This document shows, piece after piece, positions 47,201 to 59,200 of a stretch of DNA of 64,000 bases (positions are counted from its first letter, which is position 1; each line of letters starts with the position of its first letter). The translations under genes were made by a program, and so were the position numbers. This DNA is from Callorhinchus milii. Its lineage: Eukaryota. The stretch is taken from contig NW_024704742.1 of the NCBI RefSeq assembly GCF_018977255.1, positions 94,490,001 through 94,554,000 on the forward strand, read 5' to 3'. The notes beneath the pieces were generated by a model that ran no database searches, had not been told where the DNA came from, and was given only the letters and a program-made list of their open reading frames with translations.

Positions 47201-50200
47201 CAACATGGGCTCAGTCCAAGTAAGCTAAGCACATGTGAAGAGTTCCACTAACCAGTGTGGGACACCATTTAATTTTTATTGTTATTAAAGAGCCGTAAGT
47301 GCCTGCTCCACATCCTCCGACCCACCCGCCCCACCATTGGCGGGAGAGCCTTCAGCCACTCTGCCCCCAACCTCTGGAATTCCATCCCCCAGTCACTCCG
47401 CCTCACCCCCTCCTTAGCCTCCTTCAAGTCCCGCCTCAAAACCCTCCTCTTCGAGCATCCCAGCTTTAGTTGTATTGAGACTGTAGAACAATATTACTTG
47501 GGTTTAGAGTTGTAAAGGGCAATCTCAGGACAGATTCCAGGAAGTTTTTCTTTATGCCGAGGGTAATCAACAACTGGAATAGGTAAAGGCCAGGAACACT
47601 GGCCTTCTTTTAGAAAGCAGTTTGATGCTGTGATGGGGGATGGTAGAGTGGGTGTTCTGGAGGGATGAAATCAGATGGGCTAAGGACTTTCTTCATTCAA
47701 ATTGATTTTGTGTGGTGTTGTACGTTACCTTAAGTCGCGTTATTAATGGTGAGTTCGAATTTATGCCTATATAGGGAATACATTTGAACAAAAAACAAAG
47801 GGTAATTAGAATTTTTTTTACAAAAAAAAGGTGGTGTTTGAATCTTCCCTGAAATTCTGAATGCCTACATAGAAATTATTCAGGTATTTTCTAAGTCACG
47901 ACTTACATTGCTTCTTCTAACTAAAACGTGTTAGCTTCGAACCTGGTGGCAGCTATTTAACATACTGGATCTTGTCTAAGGAGACAGCACTGTAACTCAT
48001 GGGAAATTACCATAGATAGCTATGTTCTGTATGACGTATGCTTTACAAAGTGTTTTAATCGAAGAGGGAGATAACTAGCTTCACAGGAAACAAACCTATG
48101 CCCAAGGAAGAATCCGTTTTAAATCATGTTTAAGCTTGGAACAGTTTGCAAAACATTTTAGTGAGGTCAAAACTAAGGTAGGGCACTTAAAGTAATGCCA
48201 GATGGGTGGTACTTGGAGAAGTACTTGCATATACAGTGCTTCTAATGGGAAGGAACTTGAATCTGGTCTTAATGTGTTTGTGACAGAAGATGTACTTGGT
48301 GTTTTGGTTATGTTTTCAGTTGTACCAAATATTTATAAATATATATTTTTTAAAAATATATATTTGTGTCTTGTGCAATCATATTGCTAACTTCTTCTTG
48401 GTGTCTTTTTTAACTTCCTAAATCTTATAAAGGAGTTCCTCTTTCCCATACGTTAACCTGTGCTGATTGATGTATTTCTGGCACTTTCAGGTATCTGAAT
48501 ATTTAACTGAGTTTAGCTGCATTTGCCTGCATTTGGTTTCTTGTGCTGGATTTTGCTTCCAGTTGGGACCGAGCTAAATTAAATGCTGGTGGGTATAACT
48601 CACATAAGACATATCAGTGGGGTCCATAACATTTAATACGACTTGCGTGCAAAGTCCCAGTTGAAGGCAAACTTGTATAAATTATATAAACTCCAATGTA
48701 ATCAATAATCTGCACTGTGTATGCGTAATTCAATGCAGCCGGTTAGTGCACCTGCCGTACTCTGTCATTGCAGCTGGTAAATTCAAATGTGGTGATGGAT
48801 CAAGACTACATTTCCTCTGATTCAGTGCATCTTGACCCATTATCGCATGTGCACTTACTGACAAGCGTTGGAGTCGTATTAAATTATGGGAAATGAAGTT
48901 CTCCAGCGCATGAACTGACAGATCAAGACTGTTTCCCACAATTCAATTCAGCCGAGAATTGCGGGCGAAATGGAGGATAGATAGGGGAGCTAGTTACGAG
49001 TTAGGATATGATAGATTTCTTTGCGCTTAGTCATATTTAAGTGGTTTTGATAGGAAACTGAATGGGACTCAGGTGAATGTACCTGAGTATACGATTTATA
49101 AAGAAAGATTATGTAAGTTTTACTGTAGCAAATTAGCCAGCAGCTTACCAATCCTGCGATCAATGTTAGTTGCCATCGCGAAGGGTCTGTGGTGATTAGA
49201 ATACTTTGGAATATACACCACAGAAAGAGGCCATTCGGCCCAACTGGTCTATGCCAGTGTTTATGCTCCACATGAGCCTCCTCCTGCCCTTCCTCAACTA
49301 AGCCTTCAAGCACAACCTTTTATTCCTTTCTCCCTCATGTAACTCTCTAGCTTTCCCTTAAATACATCTATACTATTTGCCTCAACAATTCCTTGTGATA
49401 GCACGTTCTACATTCTCACTGCTCTCTGTGTAAAGAAATTTCTTCTAACTTCCCGATGGAGTTAGACTCCCACATGGAGTCCTGTAGCTCAGTGGTTAGA
49501 GCACTCACCTTGCAAGCGAGACACCTGGGTTCAATTCCAGGCAGAGGGCGAAACCTTGGGCAAGTTTCCTTACTCCACACACCTAAAAATAATCCCTCCC
49601 AAAAACAATAATAAATTGGTCATTTTCAATCCACGACTGTTTGTGGGACATTGCTGTGCGCAATTGGCTGCCGTGTTTCGCCCACAAATATATGGTCAAT
49701 TCACTTTACAATCTATTCTGTGAAGCGCTTTGAGATGTCGAGAAGACGTGAAAAGCTCTACATCAAATGCAAGGATTATTATTTATTATTATTCATTTGA
49801 TATCTTTGTGACTATTTTATATTGATGACCCCTGGTTTTGGTCTCCCCCACAAGTGGAAACATCTTCCTTCTGTCTATCCTATCAAAACCTTTCATCATT
49901 TTAAAGACATCTATCAGGTCACTCCTTACTCTCTTTTCAAGAGAAAAGAATCCAAATATGTTTAGCCTTTCCTGATGGGTATAACCTCTCAGTTCTGGGA
50001 TCATCTCTGTGTATCTCCTTTGCACCGTCTCCAGTGCCTCTACATCCCTTCTATAATGTGGGGACCAGAACTGCACACAGTATTCTAAGTGTGGTCTAAC
50101 CAAAGTTTTATAGAGGTTTACCATAACTTCCTGCTTTTCATTTCTATCTTTCTAGAAATGAACCTCAAGGCCTGGTTTGCTTTTTTTACGGCCTTATTAA

Positions 50201-53200
50201 CCTGCGTTGCTACTTTTAGTGAATTGTGTATGTGTACCCCTAGGTCCCTTTGCTCCTCTGCCCCATTTAGCTTTTTATTTTCTATGATGTATATGACTTC
50301 CTTAATAATAATAATAATAATAATAATAATCCTTGCATTTGATATAGCGCTTTTCACGTCGGGAGGACGTCCCAAAGCGCTTCACAGAATATACTGTAAA
50401 GTGAATTGACTGTATATTTGTGGGCGAACGCGGCAGCCAATTGCGCACAGCAATGTCCCACAAATAGTCGTAGATTGAAAATGACCAATTTATTATTGTT
50501 TTGGGTTTTTTTGGAGGGATTATTATTAGGCGTGTGGAGTAAGGAAACTTGCCCAAGGTTTCGCCCTGCCTGGAATTGAACTCAGGTCTCTCGCTTGCAA
50601 AGCGAGTGCTCTAACCACTGAGCTACAGGACTCCATTTCCTTATACCTTCTACCACAATGTACCACTTCACACTTTTCTACATTGAAATGCATTTCCATT
50701 TAAATGCCCATTCAGCAAGTTTATTAATGTCTCTAGCTTAATTTCTTGCAGTCCTCCTCTGTATTAACTACTCCCCCCAATTTCGTGTCGTCAGCAAATT
50801 TTGAAATTGTACTGCTGATTCCCGAATCCAAATCATTAATGTATATTGTGAACAACAGTGATCCCAATACCGATTCTTATGGAACACCACTACCCACCCC
50901 CTGCCAGTCTAAGTAGCTACCCTTTACCCCTACTCTCTGTTTCCTGTTTTGTAGCCAGCTTGCTATCCATTCTGCTATTTTTTCCCTGACTACATGCTCT
51001 GACCTTAGTCATTATCGAACGCCTTTTGGAAATCTAAATATATTACATCTACCGCATTACCGTTGTCTATTCTTTCTGTTACCCCTTCAAAGAATTCAGT
51101 GATGTTGGTTAAGCGTGATCTTCCTTTTTGAAATCCGTGCTGACTTCTTCATTATGTTTTCCGTTTCTAGATGTTTTTCTATTACCTTCTTCAGTAAGGA
51201 TTCCATTATCTTTCCTACCACCGATGTTAAGCTGACAGGTCTATAGTTCCCTGGGCTTGTTCTATCTCCCTTTTTAAATATAGGTATAACATTAATTATC
51301 CTCCAGTCCTCTGGCACTACCCCATTTTCTAATGAGTTATTATATATGTGTAATAGTGCCTCTTCCCTCAATTCTTTTAATATACGTGGTTGCAATCCAT
51401 CTGGAGTTTTATCCTCTCTGAGTTTCGTTAGTTTATCGATTATATCTCCCCCTTTGTATCTTAAATGTATTTATATTATTTTTGCTCTCTTTTACTGTCA
51501 TGTCCACCTGATCCATCTCCCTGGTGAATACTGAGACAAAGTAATTATTAAATATTTCTGCCATTTCGCTGTCGCGGCCTGTGAGCTTATCTGGTCCATC
51601 CCTTAGTGGCCCTATTCCTCTTTTGATTTTTAAATTGATTACTTCATTTGTTTGGAATTGGTGACATCTCATGATGTGTGTGTGTAAATATTATATGGGT
51701 AAAGGATCTAATCTAAACTGCAGTGATTTCAAATGAGATTCCTTAATTATATAATCCAGATGTACCACATCCAGTTTGTGGGGTTACATTCTGATGGCGC
51801 TCAAGTCTGAGGGACTCTCCCTCAGATTCCTTAATAAAGAAATCCCACTGGTAATCACTGTGTTTTAGACTACTTTTAGGCTGTTTTTCGTATCTATTTT
51901 GTGTAGAGCATTAGTGAGATTGTGAAACACACTGCCAGAAGTGGTGGTTGAAGTAGGTAGAATAGATGTATTGAGAGGAAGTTAGATATACACATGGGAG
52001 TAAGAAGTGTGGGAGGGTGTACGAAGTGGGTCATGTGGAGTATAAGCACCAGCACAGACTGGATGGGCCGAATGGCTGTCTTCATGCGGTATAGTGTTAA
52101 GTAAATCTAAGCAAATATCAACTTGCATGTGAAAATGCTTCATTTTTGTTTTGGCTTTTTCTTTTCAGGAGGTTCTGAATAGGAATATTACCAGCAGCAG
52201 GCGGACTGTCGAAAAGCTGCAAGGTGAGGACAAAGTGAAATATTGCCAACGCTTGAAAACAAAAATCAAATTTGAAAATACTGGCAACAACAAATTACAT
52301 TTGTATGGTGCCTTTCACATCAGGAGACATCCCAAGGGGTTGGAAAAAGGGAAGTGTTGTTTGAATCCCAAACAGCATGTGCTTTATGCATTTTCTGACT
52401 TTACTGCAAGGGGAAGCTCTTTCTGTGCAAATGGACTGACCTGAGATTACCAAGGAGGTATAGACATCCTCCAGGAGATAGGGGAGAGGAGAGGTAAGCA
52501 GAGTTTCTTTTGGCCTTGGCTGGATTTCTTTTGCAGTATGTGGCAATGGAATATCAGAATCGAGTCTGTGGAGGGCTGTGTAGTCTGGTTCCTGAGCCAA
52601 GGCCCTGCATCAAGTACTCAAAGGCACTGCTGATGACAGACCAACCAAACTCGCTCATTGCCAAGACTTGGAGGCCAGACTGAGGGCAGGGATTCTTCCC
52701 ACTTAGCTTCTATTACCCCTGCAAGGCAAAACACTAGTTGAGGAGGGTGGTCCTAGCTCACAATAATGATAATACTAATCCTTGCATTTCATATAGCACC
52801 TTATCACATGTTGAGGTGTCTTAAATGGTTCACAGAATATATTATATTATAATATAAAAAATATGCACAAGCAGCAGGAAGCTTGTTAGACAGTGTACTC
52901 AATGGCAAGCTGTACTGTTTTAGTTGATCAAGTCCAGAAATGCCTTGGCCAACCCTCTGGGGTCCTTAAGCTTTGGCTCTTGCCATACTGTGCATAATAT
53001 TTGGGTAAACCGTGTGCGAGAAAGGAGTGCACATTCCCTGTAAAATTTTTGCCTACGTCCAGATGTAGGGAACATTTCCAAATGTATGTGGAACACTCCC
53101 TGGGTTGGATACCAATAAGCATGGTGATGGGGTTTCCATGTGATTTAGACACCCTGCTGACCCAAAACAAAATGACCTATGGACAGAAGTCCAACAATGC

Positions 53201-56200
53201 GATTGGGGTTGCTCGGTGTGTGTAATTATTCACTTAAGCCTTAAACAAATAGTTGGAACATTATTTAGGATCTTTCCTGCTTAAATGTGACCAGCCTGTG
53301 TTTTATGTATACATTCTGCCAAAAAAATTACATAAATTCAATTTATTAAATTAGACTTAACCATTAAAATGGAACAGCATGACTGAAGGGCTAGTACTTG
53401 AACACTGAAAGCTCCTTTGTCCCTGATAATAACTTTAGTACGGTGCAGGAATTAAAATCAACTAAAATGTTTTTTATTACTTAATGGTTGGCATTCCCTC
53501 AATAAATTTCCAGTTAAATTAAAAATAAAATTATTGACTTATTTGGCCTCTAATCTATCGCTAAACATGCTGGGAATGATTGTTATTGCATTCCTATAAG
53601 CCAAGTGTCAAGTGGGGCCAGACGCTCTTTGATGCTCTTTTCCACTTGTCACAAATAGCTTGAATATTTGGTTACAGAGCAAAATATCGTCATTGTTTGT
53701 AGTTTTATTTGGCAAGTTGGAGACTTAAACGCATTTGAACACTAAAACCCTAAATATTCTCACAGACATAGCCATTGTCTTTTTTTAAAAAAAATAGGAT
53801 TGTGCAGAATTTTAGAAAGTTCTTGAATTCATCCTTAATTTAATTAAATTTGGAGGCTGCTTTCTCATAGTTCTTAAAGAACATCAGTTGTCATTCTACC
53901 TGGCACTACAAGTACAGTAATAGTTGTTGGGCAGTGATTTAAATGTTGATATGGTAGCCTTGGGAACAGGTAGCAAGAATAGTTGGAAGGGTTTAACCCT
54001 ACCCTAACATGACTATAATAGGACTTTTCGGAAATGCCTAAACCTGCCATTTTGTCTTGTGTTTGGATGTTAGATTATGGACTGACTGTTTATGGTCTGA
54101 GTTCTGGGTACAGCATTTGGAGGTGTTAGTACAGCATGTGCCTACTCCTTTGTTCACTGCCTCCACTCTGGCAACCCTGCCTTCTTAATATCCCCTATAA
54201 GCTCTGCCCCACCATCAGCAGGCAAGTTCTCAGTCACTTTGTCCCCGCTCTCTGAAATCCCTCTGCTTTGCCTCTCTCTCACTCCTTTCAGCCCTCAACC
54301 ACAATCTATCTTTTTGACTACCTTTGGTCTACCTCCCTTCCAGATCAGATTCTCAATGGAACTTTGTAAAGTGCTTTTGAGACCTTCTCCAGTGTCTCCT
54401 ATGCGTGAGGCTGTAGAATTGCAAATTGTTGTTGCTATAGTACTCGTTATTGGTTTAAAAGACAAGGGTTGCAATTATCAGAAATATGGCCTGTGCTCAG
54501 CTGGTGTCCTGGCCTTTGTATTAAAGGTTAATCTTTTTTCTTGTTGGAAAGGGAGAGAGAGAGAAAGAAATGGGATATGATCATCTTTTATTTAAAAATC
54601 TATGGCTACGCCACAGCCAGTGTTTAATCCAAACAAGCAGAGCAAGTTCAAAATTGCCTGCAAACTGTATTCTGTATAGGGAATTAATAGTAAATGGAAA
54701 TGGGACCTTTTTTGGCTGTTTGTGATATTTTCTCTTTCTCTTTTCTACCCACCCCTATCCCCTCCTCAGATCAATTTCAGGCTTTGCAGAAGGAGTACAG
54801 CCAATTAGATCAGAAACTCCAGGAGCTGCAGAAGAAACTCACCTATGATGTGTAAGTCTGTGCACCCGTTGCGCTGCTGGTAAATCACCAAGTCCTTTCA
54901 GCCTATTTTACTATGATCCATATTTGTTTCTTCAGTCCAGTGACGTATCTCGTACCTTCTCTGGTATTTTAAGAGAAGCCTAAGATATTTTCTGGTTAAG
55001 AAGAGAATCTTAATCGTCCCTTAAGTTTCATTAAAAATGCTGCTGAAGGAGGGTATAGAGGCTTCTTTCAGAATCACTCACCTACCTATGTAATACTGAA
55101 ACAAAGATGAAAAAGCTCTATCTTGTCAGAGATGGCCTAATTTTCCTCGATAATTCTCGTTGTATTGACTGTTTAAAATAATCTGCATAAAATATTACTA
55201 ATGATATTGAGGTGCAGTTCATTTGAGTTTTGTGTTTGATGGTGTTATGGGCATGTTTGAAGTGCTCAATTGATTCTTGTATGTAATCTGTTGCATTGTT
55301 CTCTGTAAAGTTGCAGTTACTGGCTCTCAAAAATTCTTTCCCTTCTCTGCATTAAGAATTGGTAATTTTGTAAGAGCTGTGTGAGGTATATATTTGGTTT
55401 AGATATTTTTAAGTTTTGTCTCCTTCCAACTCACCACAGAAGTACTTGAATTCTACAGTTTGTTCTGGTGTTGACCACAGTAACTTGTATTTGTACAGTG
55501 GTTTTTACACAGAATAACAACTCAAAGCAATTTACAGAGATGTTACAGACCAACGTAAATGCCTCATGTTGCCCTTCCAAAGTCAAAGCTGGCAAATGGC
55601 ACTGATTGGAATGTGTAGCTGTTCTGATGCAGATAACTGAACAAATTGCCAAAGTAATTCTCAGTAAAAACAAATTTGTGACCCACAGGTCTTGTTGATG
55701 TCTGTTGTTGATGTTTGTCTGTTTAGAACTCAGTGCAGTAATCAGATCCGTGATCAGAAGGAGCTGTATGAAGAGCAGATTAAGGAGTTGAATCAGAAGC
55801 TTGCTCAGACTGCAAAGATCCCGTCAGACAGCAAGTCACCTGAAGAAGCTGATCAGAACAAGATATCAGTAAGCACACCAGTCAGTTTTGCCCATCTTGA
55901 ACTATCAAACACCTGAATTAGACACCGATTTATTGTGGGGTCTATGATTTTTTAAAATGGATGAAATTATGTGAAATAATCAGCCACTCTATGTTAAATT
56001 GATTTCCATTCAGCCTCCATTTCCTCTGTGTTGCTTGGCGCTGCAGTAAGTCCAGTTTCATCCTGTAAACCAATCTTGCTAAAGTTGTTCACACTGTTAA
56101 AGCGCTCTGGGATGCTACCTTGCGTGAGGGGCCCTATATAAATGCAACTTGTTGATTTTGTTGTTTTATTATATTTATTAAAAAAAGGCTGCAATGATAT

Positions 56201-59200
56201 TTGTGTGTTGTGGAGGGGTTGGGCGGGGAGAGAGAATTCTGTATGGAGGGAGAGAGGTTTAATAGAATTATACAGCACAGAAGGAGGCCATTCAGCCCAT
56301 CGTGTCTACGCTAGCTGTTTGAAAAGAGCTATCCAATTTCAATCCCACTCCGCCGCGCTCTCCCCATAGCCTGCAAACTTGTCCTCCCCAAATAATTATC
56401 AACTTCTCTCTTAAAAGTTATCGAGTCGACTTCCACCACCCTTTCAGGTAATGCATTCCAAATCCGAACTCGCTATGTGAAAAAAATTCTCCTCACCCCC
56501 CCTCTGTTTCTTTTAACAACTATTTTAAATCAACAAATCCACCAGCCAGTGGAAATAGTTTCTCCTTGTTCACTCTATCGAATCCCTTCATAATTTTGAA
56601 AATTTCTATTAACCTTCTCTGCTCCAAGGAGAATAATCCTAGCTTCTCTAGCCTCTCCTGATAACTGAAGTCCCTCATTCCTGGTACCATCCTGGTAAAT
56701 CTCCTTTGCACCCTCTCCAATGCCTTGACATCCTTCCTAAATTGTGGTGCCCAATAGTGAAAGTGTATGACAAATATTCTGGGTCATTACCTTTGGGTTC
56801 TGAGTGTAACCAGCAGTATTTTCCCCCAGGAATGATTTAATGATGAAGTCCATGATAAATGAGGTTTGGGTTGACTGTAGAGGAGCTGGTTTGATGGTTG
56901 GAATGGACTTTGTTTCACACTTTTGTCTGCCTGGAAGTAAGTTGACAGAACAAATTGATTGAAGGCACGAATTAGAGAAACTGGTAGAAATTGACTGAAA
57001 GGAAGATATTTTTGAGTTGCTTTTAAAGGTTTTCCCCCAATATTGCTGCAGCACAAATATTGTAAAACAAAGATAGTCAAAAATGAAATGTGTATAACAT
57101 TTTGAAAACCATAACTGGGTGATTGATGGTTGTGTAACTCTAATAGATGACCCCCAATGAGCAGACGGAACAAAAAACAACAGAAAAGCTAAAGGAAACC
57201 GTAAAGCCATCATTAAAGTCTCAAGAACAAACCAAGGAACAAGCAAACCCAGGAGAAGTTCAAAATAAAAATGAATTGGAAGGGAAGACCAAATCTGCAA
57301 AAGAAGTTGAAACTAATCAGATCATGGAAGACACGGGTAAGAATTCTAGAATAAGAAATGATGAACTCCATGACCTCCTGACAGTATTGAGGCTTAAATG
57401 GACTCACTGCCCATTGTAGTGCTAGGCCACACAGGTCCCAGTGATAGGTGATGATGAGGGACAATAGAAAATTGGGGAAATATTTGGTCAAAATTGCGGG
57501 GGGAAATGACAAACTTTTGTGGAAAATTGTGGGTTGTTGATTGGTGCTGTTGAGAGGTACATTTTACTGTCAACCTACATGTTTTCACTTTATTGATAAA
57601 GACTAAACATGAAGAAATAACACAGTAGATTGTTGCAAAAAATAAATATTAATGCTTTCTTTAACAAAAACTGGGTGCCTACTCTGGGGGTGGGGGGGGA
57701 GGGGTGAGAAATGGTCCATTTCCACCCCACACTACATTTGAAGGTCAGTTTCCTGACTGTGGGGCTCCAGGAGGTCACCACTTCCTGCCTCTCAGGGCCT
57801 GTCACCCCCCCACACACACACACGCACATAAATACTCACAGACAGAGAGAGGCACACGCGCACTCTTGCGGACAGAGAGAGGCGCTCTCGCGGACAGAGA
57901 GAGAGAGAGGCGCGCGCTCGCGGACAGAGAGAGAGAGACACGCGCGCTCTCGCGGACAGAGAGAGGCACACGCGCGCTCTCGCGAACAGAGAGAGGCACA
58001 CGTGCACTCAGACACACTTTTCCACTGGCCCAGTTGATGACTCACATGCGGAACAGCAGTTAAGACAACATTTGCCAATGCTCTGACTGCTATCAATGGA
58101 CCTCTGTGAAAGGGGAGGAATTTGGACATTGGGTGAGAATAAGATCTGCTTCTCCCTGCCATCCATCCTCCCCATGATTGCACTTCCCTCCTTCTGGAGT
58201 ACAGGACAGTAGATACTTACTCTGCCTGTATGTAGTACGTACTTCAGTAGACGGTGAAAGGAGTCGAATGCCTTCAGAAGAGAAGCAAATTGGCAGAACA
58301 TAAACCACCCAACAGTGTTTGTACAAAATAGGCTTGAAATGTGGTTAAATAACCGCAAACTAATTGTTTTGCAGGTGTCCTTGAAGATGCAAATGCAACT
58401 AGGGATGACTATGACGAAAAGTCCAGGAGAACTGCAGGTAACAGTATTTGAAGGTTGGATGTGTGTGTAAAAAAAATTACAGTGGAAGTGTCTAATGCCA
58501 GTTAACCTCGGAAAGGGGAAGGTTAGCTGTTATGGGAGATGGGAACTGTTCTTTATGGTCTGAAGTGGACCATAAGACTATAAGAAGCTCCACTTCAGAC
58601 AATAAGAACAGCTCCCATCTCCCATAACAGCTTACCTTCCCCTCCCCCCTCCTCTGTGACAATCAGCACATCATCCTGGGTCCAGGTCACACCTTTTCTC
58701 TCTTTGGTCTGCCTCTGTTGCCCTCCTTTGATTTCCATCATTAACACCTCTTTAACACATGTTAAAGTCTGTCCTCCACCCCATTTTCTCCTTTGACTTT
58801 CTTGCCCTGCCTCCCCCCTCTCTGTTAGTCCTTAAAACCTCTCCCTCACAGTTCATGGACCTGAAACGTTGACTCACTTTCCTTTCTGCATAGATGCTGC
58901 CTGACCTGCTGAGTGTTACCAGCAACTTATGGTATAGTTATGTTTTGTTTGCTTGAGGACACCACCTTTTTTTTGTGTAGCGACATACATCTTTGGGTTA
59001 AATGAGTCCGCTTACGCTTGTACTGTTTTAGAAAAGTCAAACTTCAATGCAAATCCAAACCTGTGGAACGATGCTTTAAACTAAAGTGTATAAAATGATG
59101 TATATGAGCAGGAGCTAAAGTGTTTGCTCTACAGTATAGTCACGTAGGAACAGGAGAGCATTCAAATCCTTCTAGAATGTTCCACCATTCTATAAGATCA

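Larger units (their letters stand above)
49205..51625 (-). mobile_element. CR1 LINE (RT region and 3' end), interrupted by two SINEs
   Basis: [63 protein letters not shown]. Confidence 0.92.

Noticed and set aside
56737..57512. Antisense 187-aa, 128-aa and 99-aa ORFs
   Set aside because: Opposite or adjacent to a purine-rich GOLM1 exon, with no recognisable domain.
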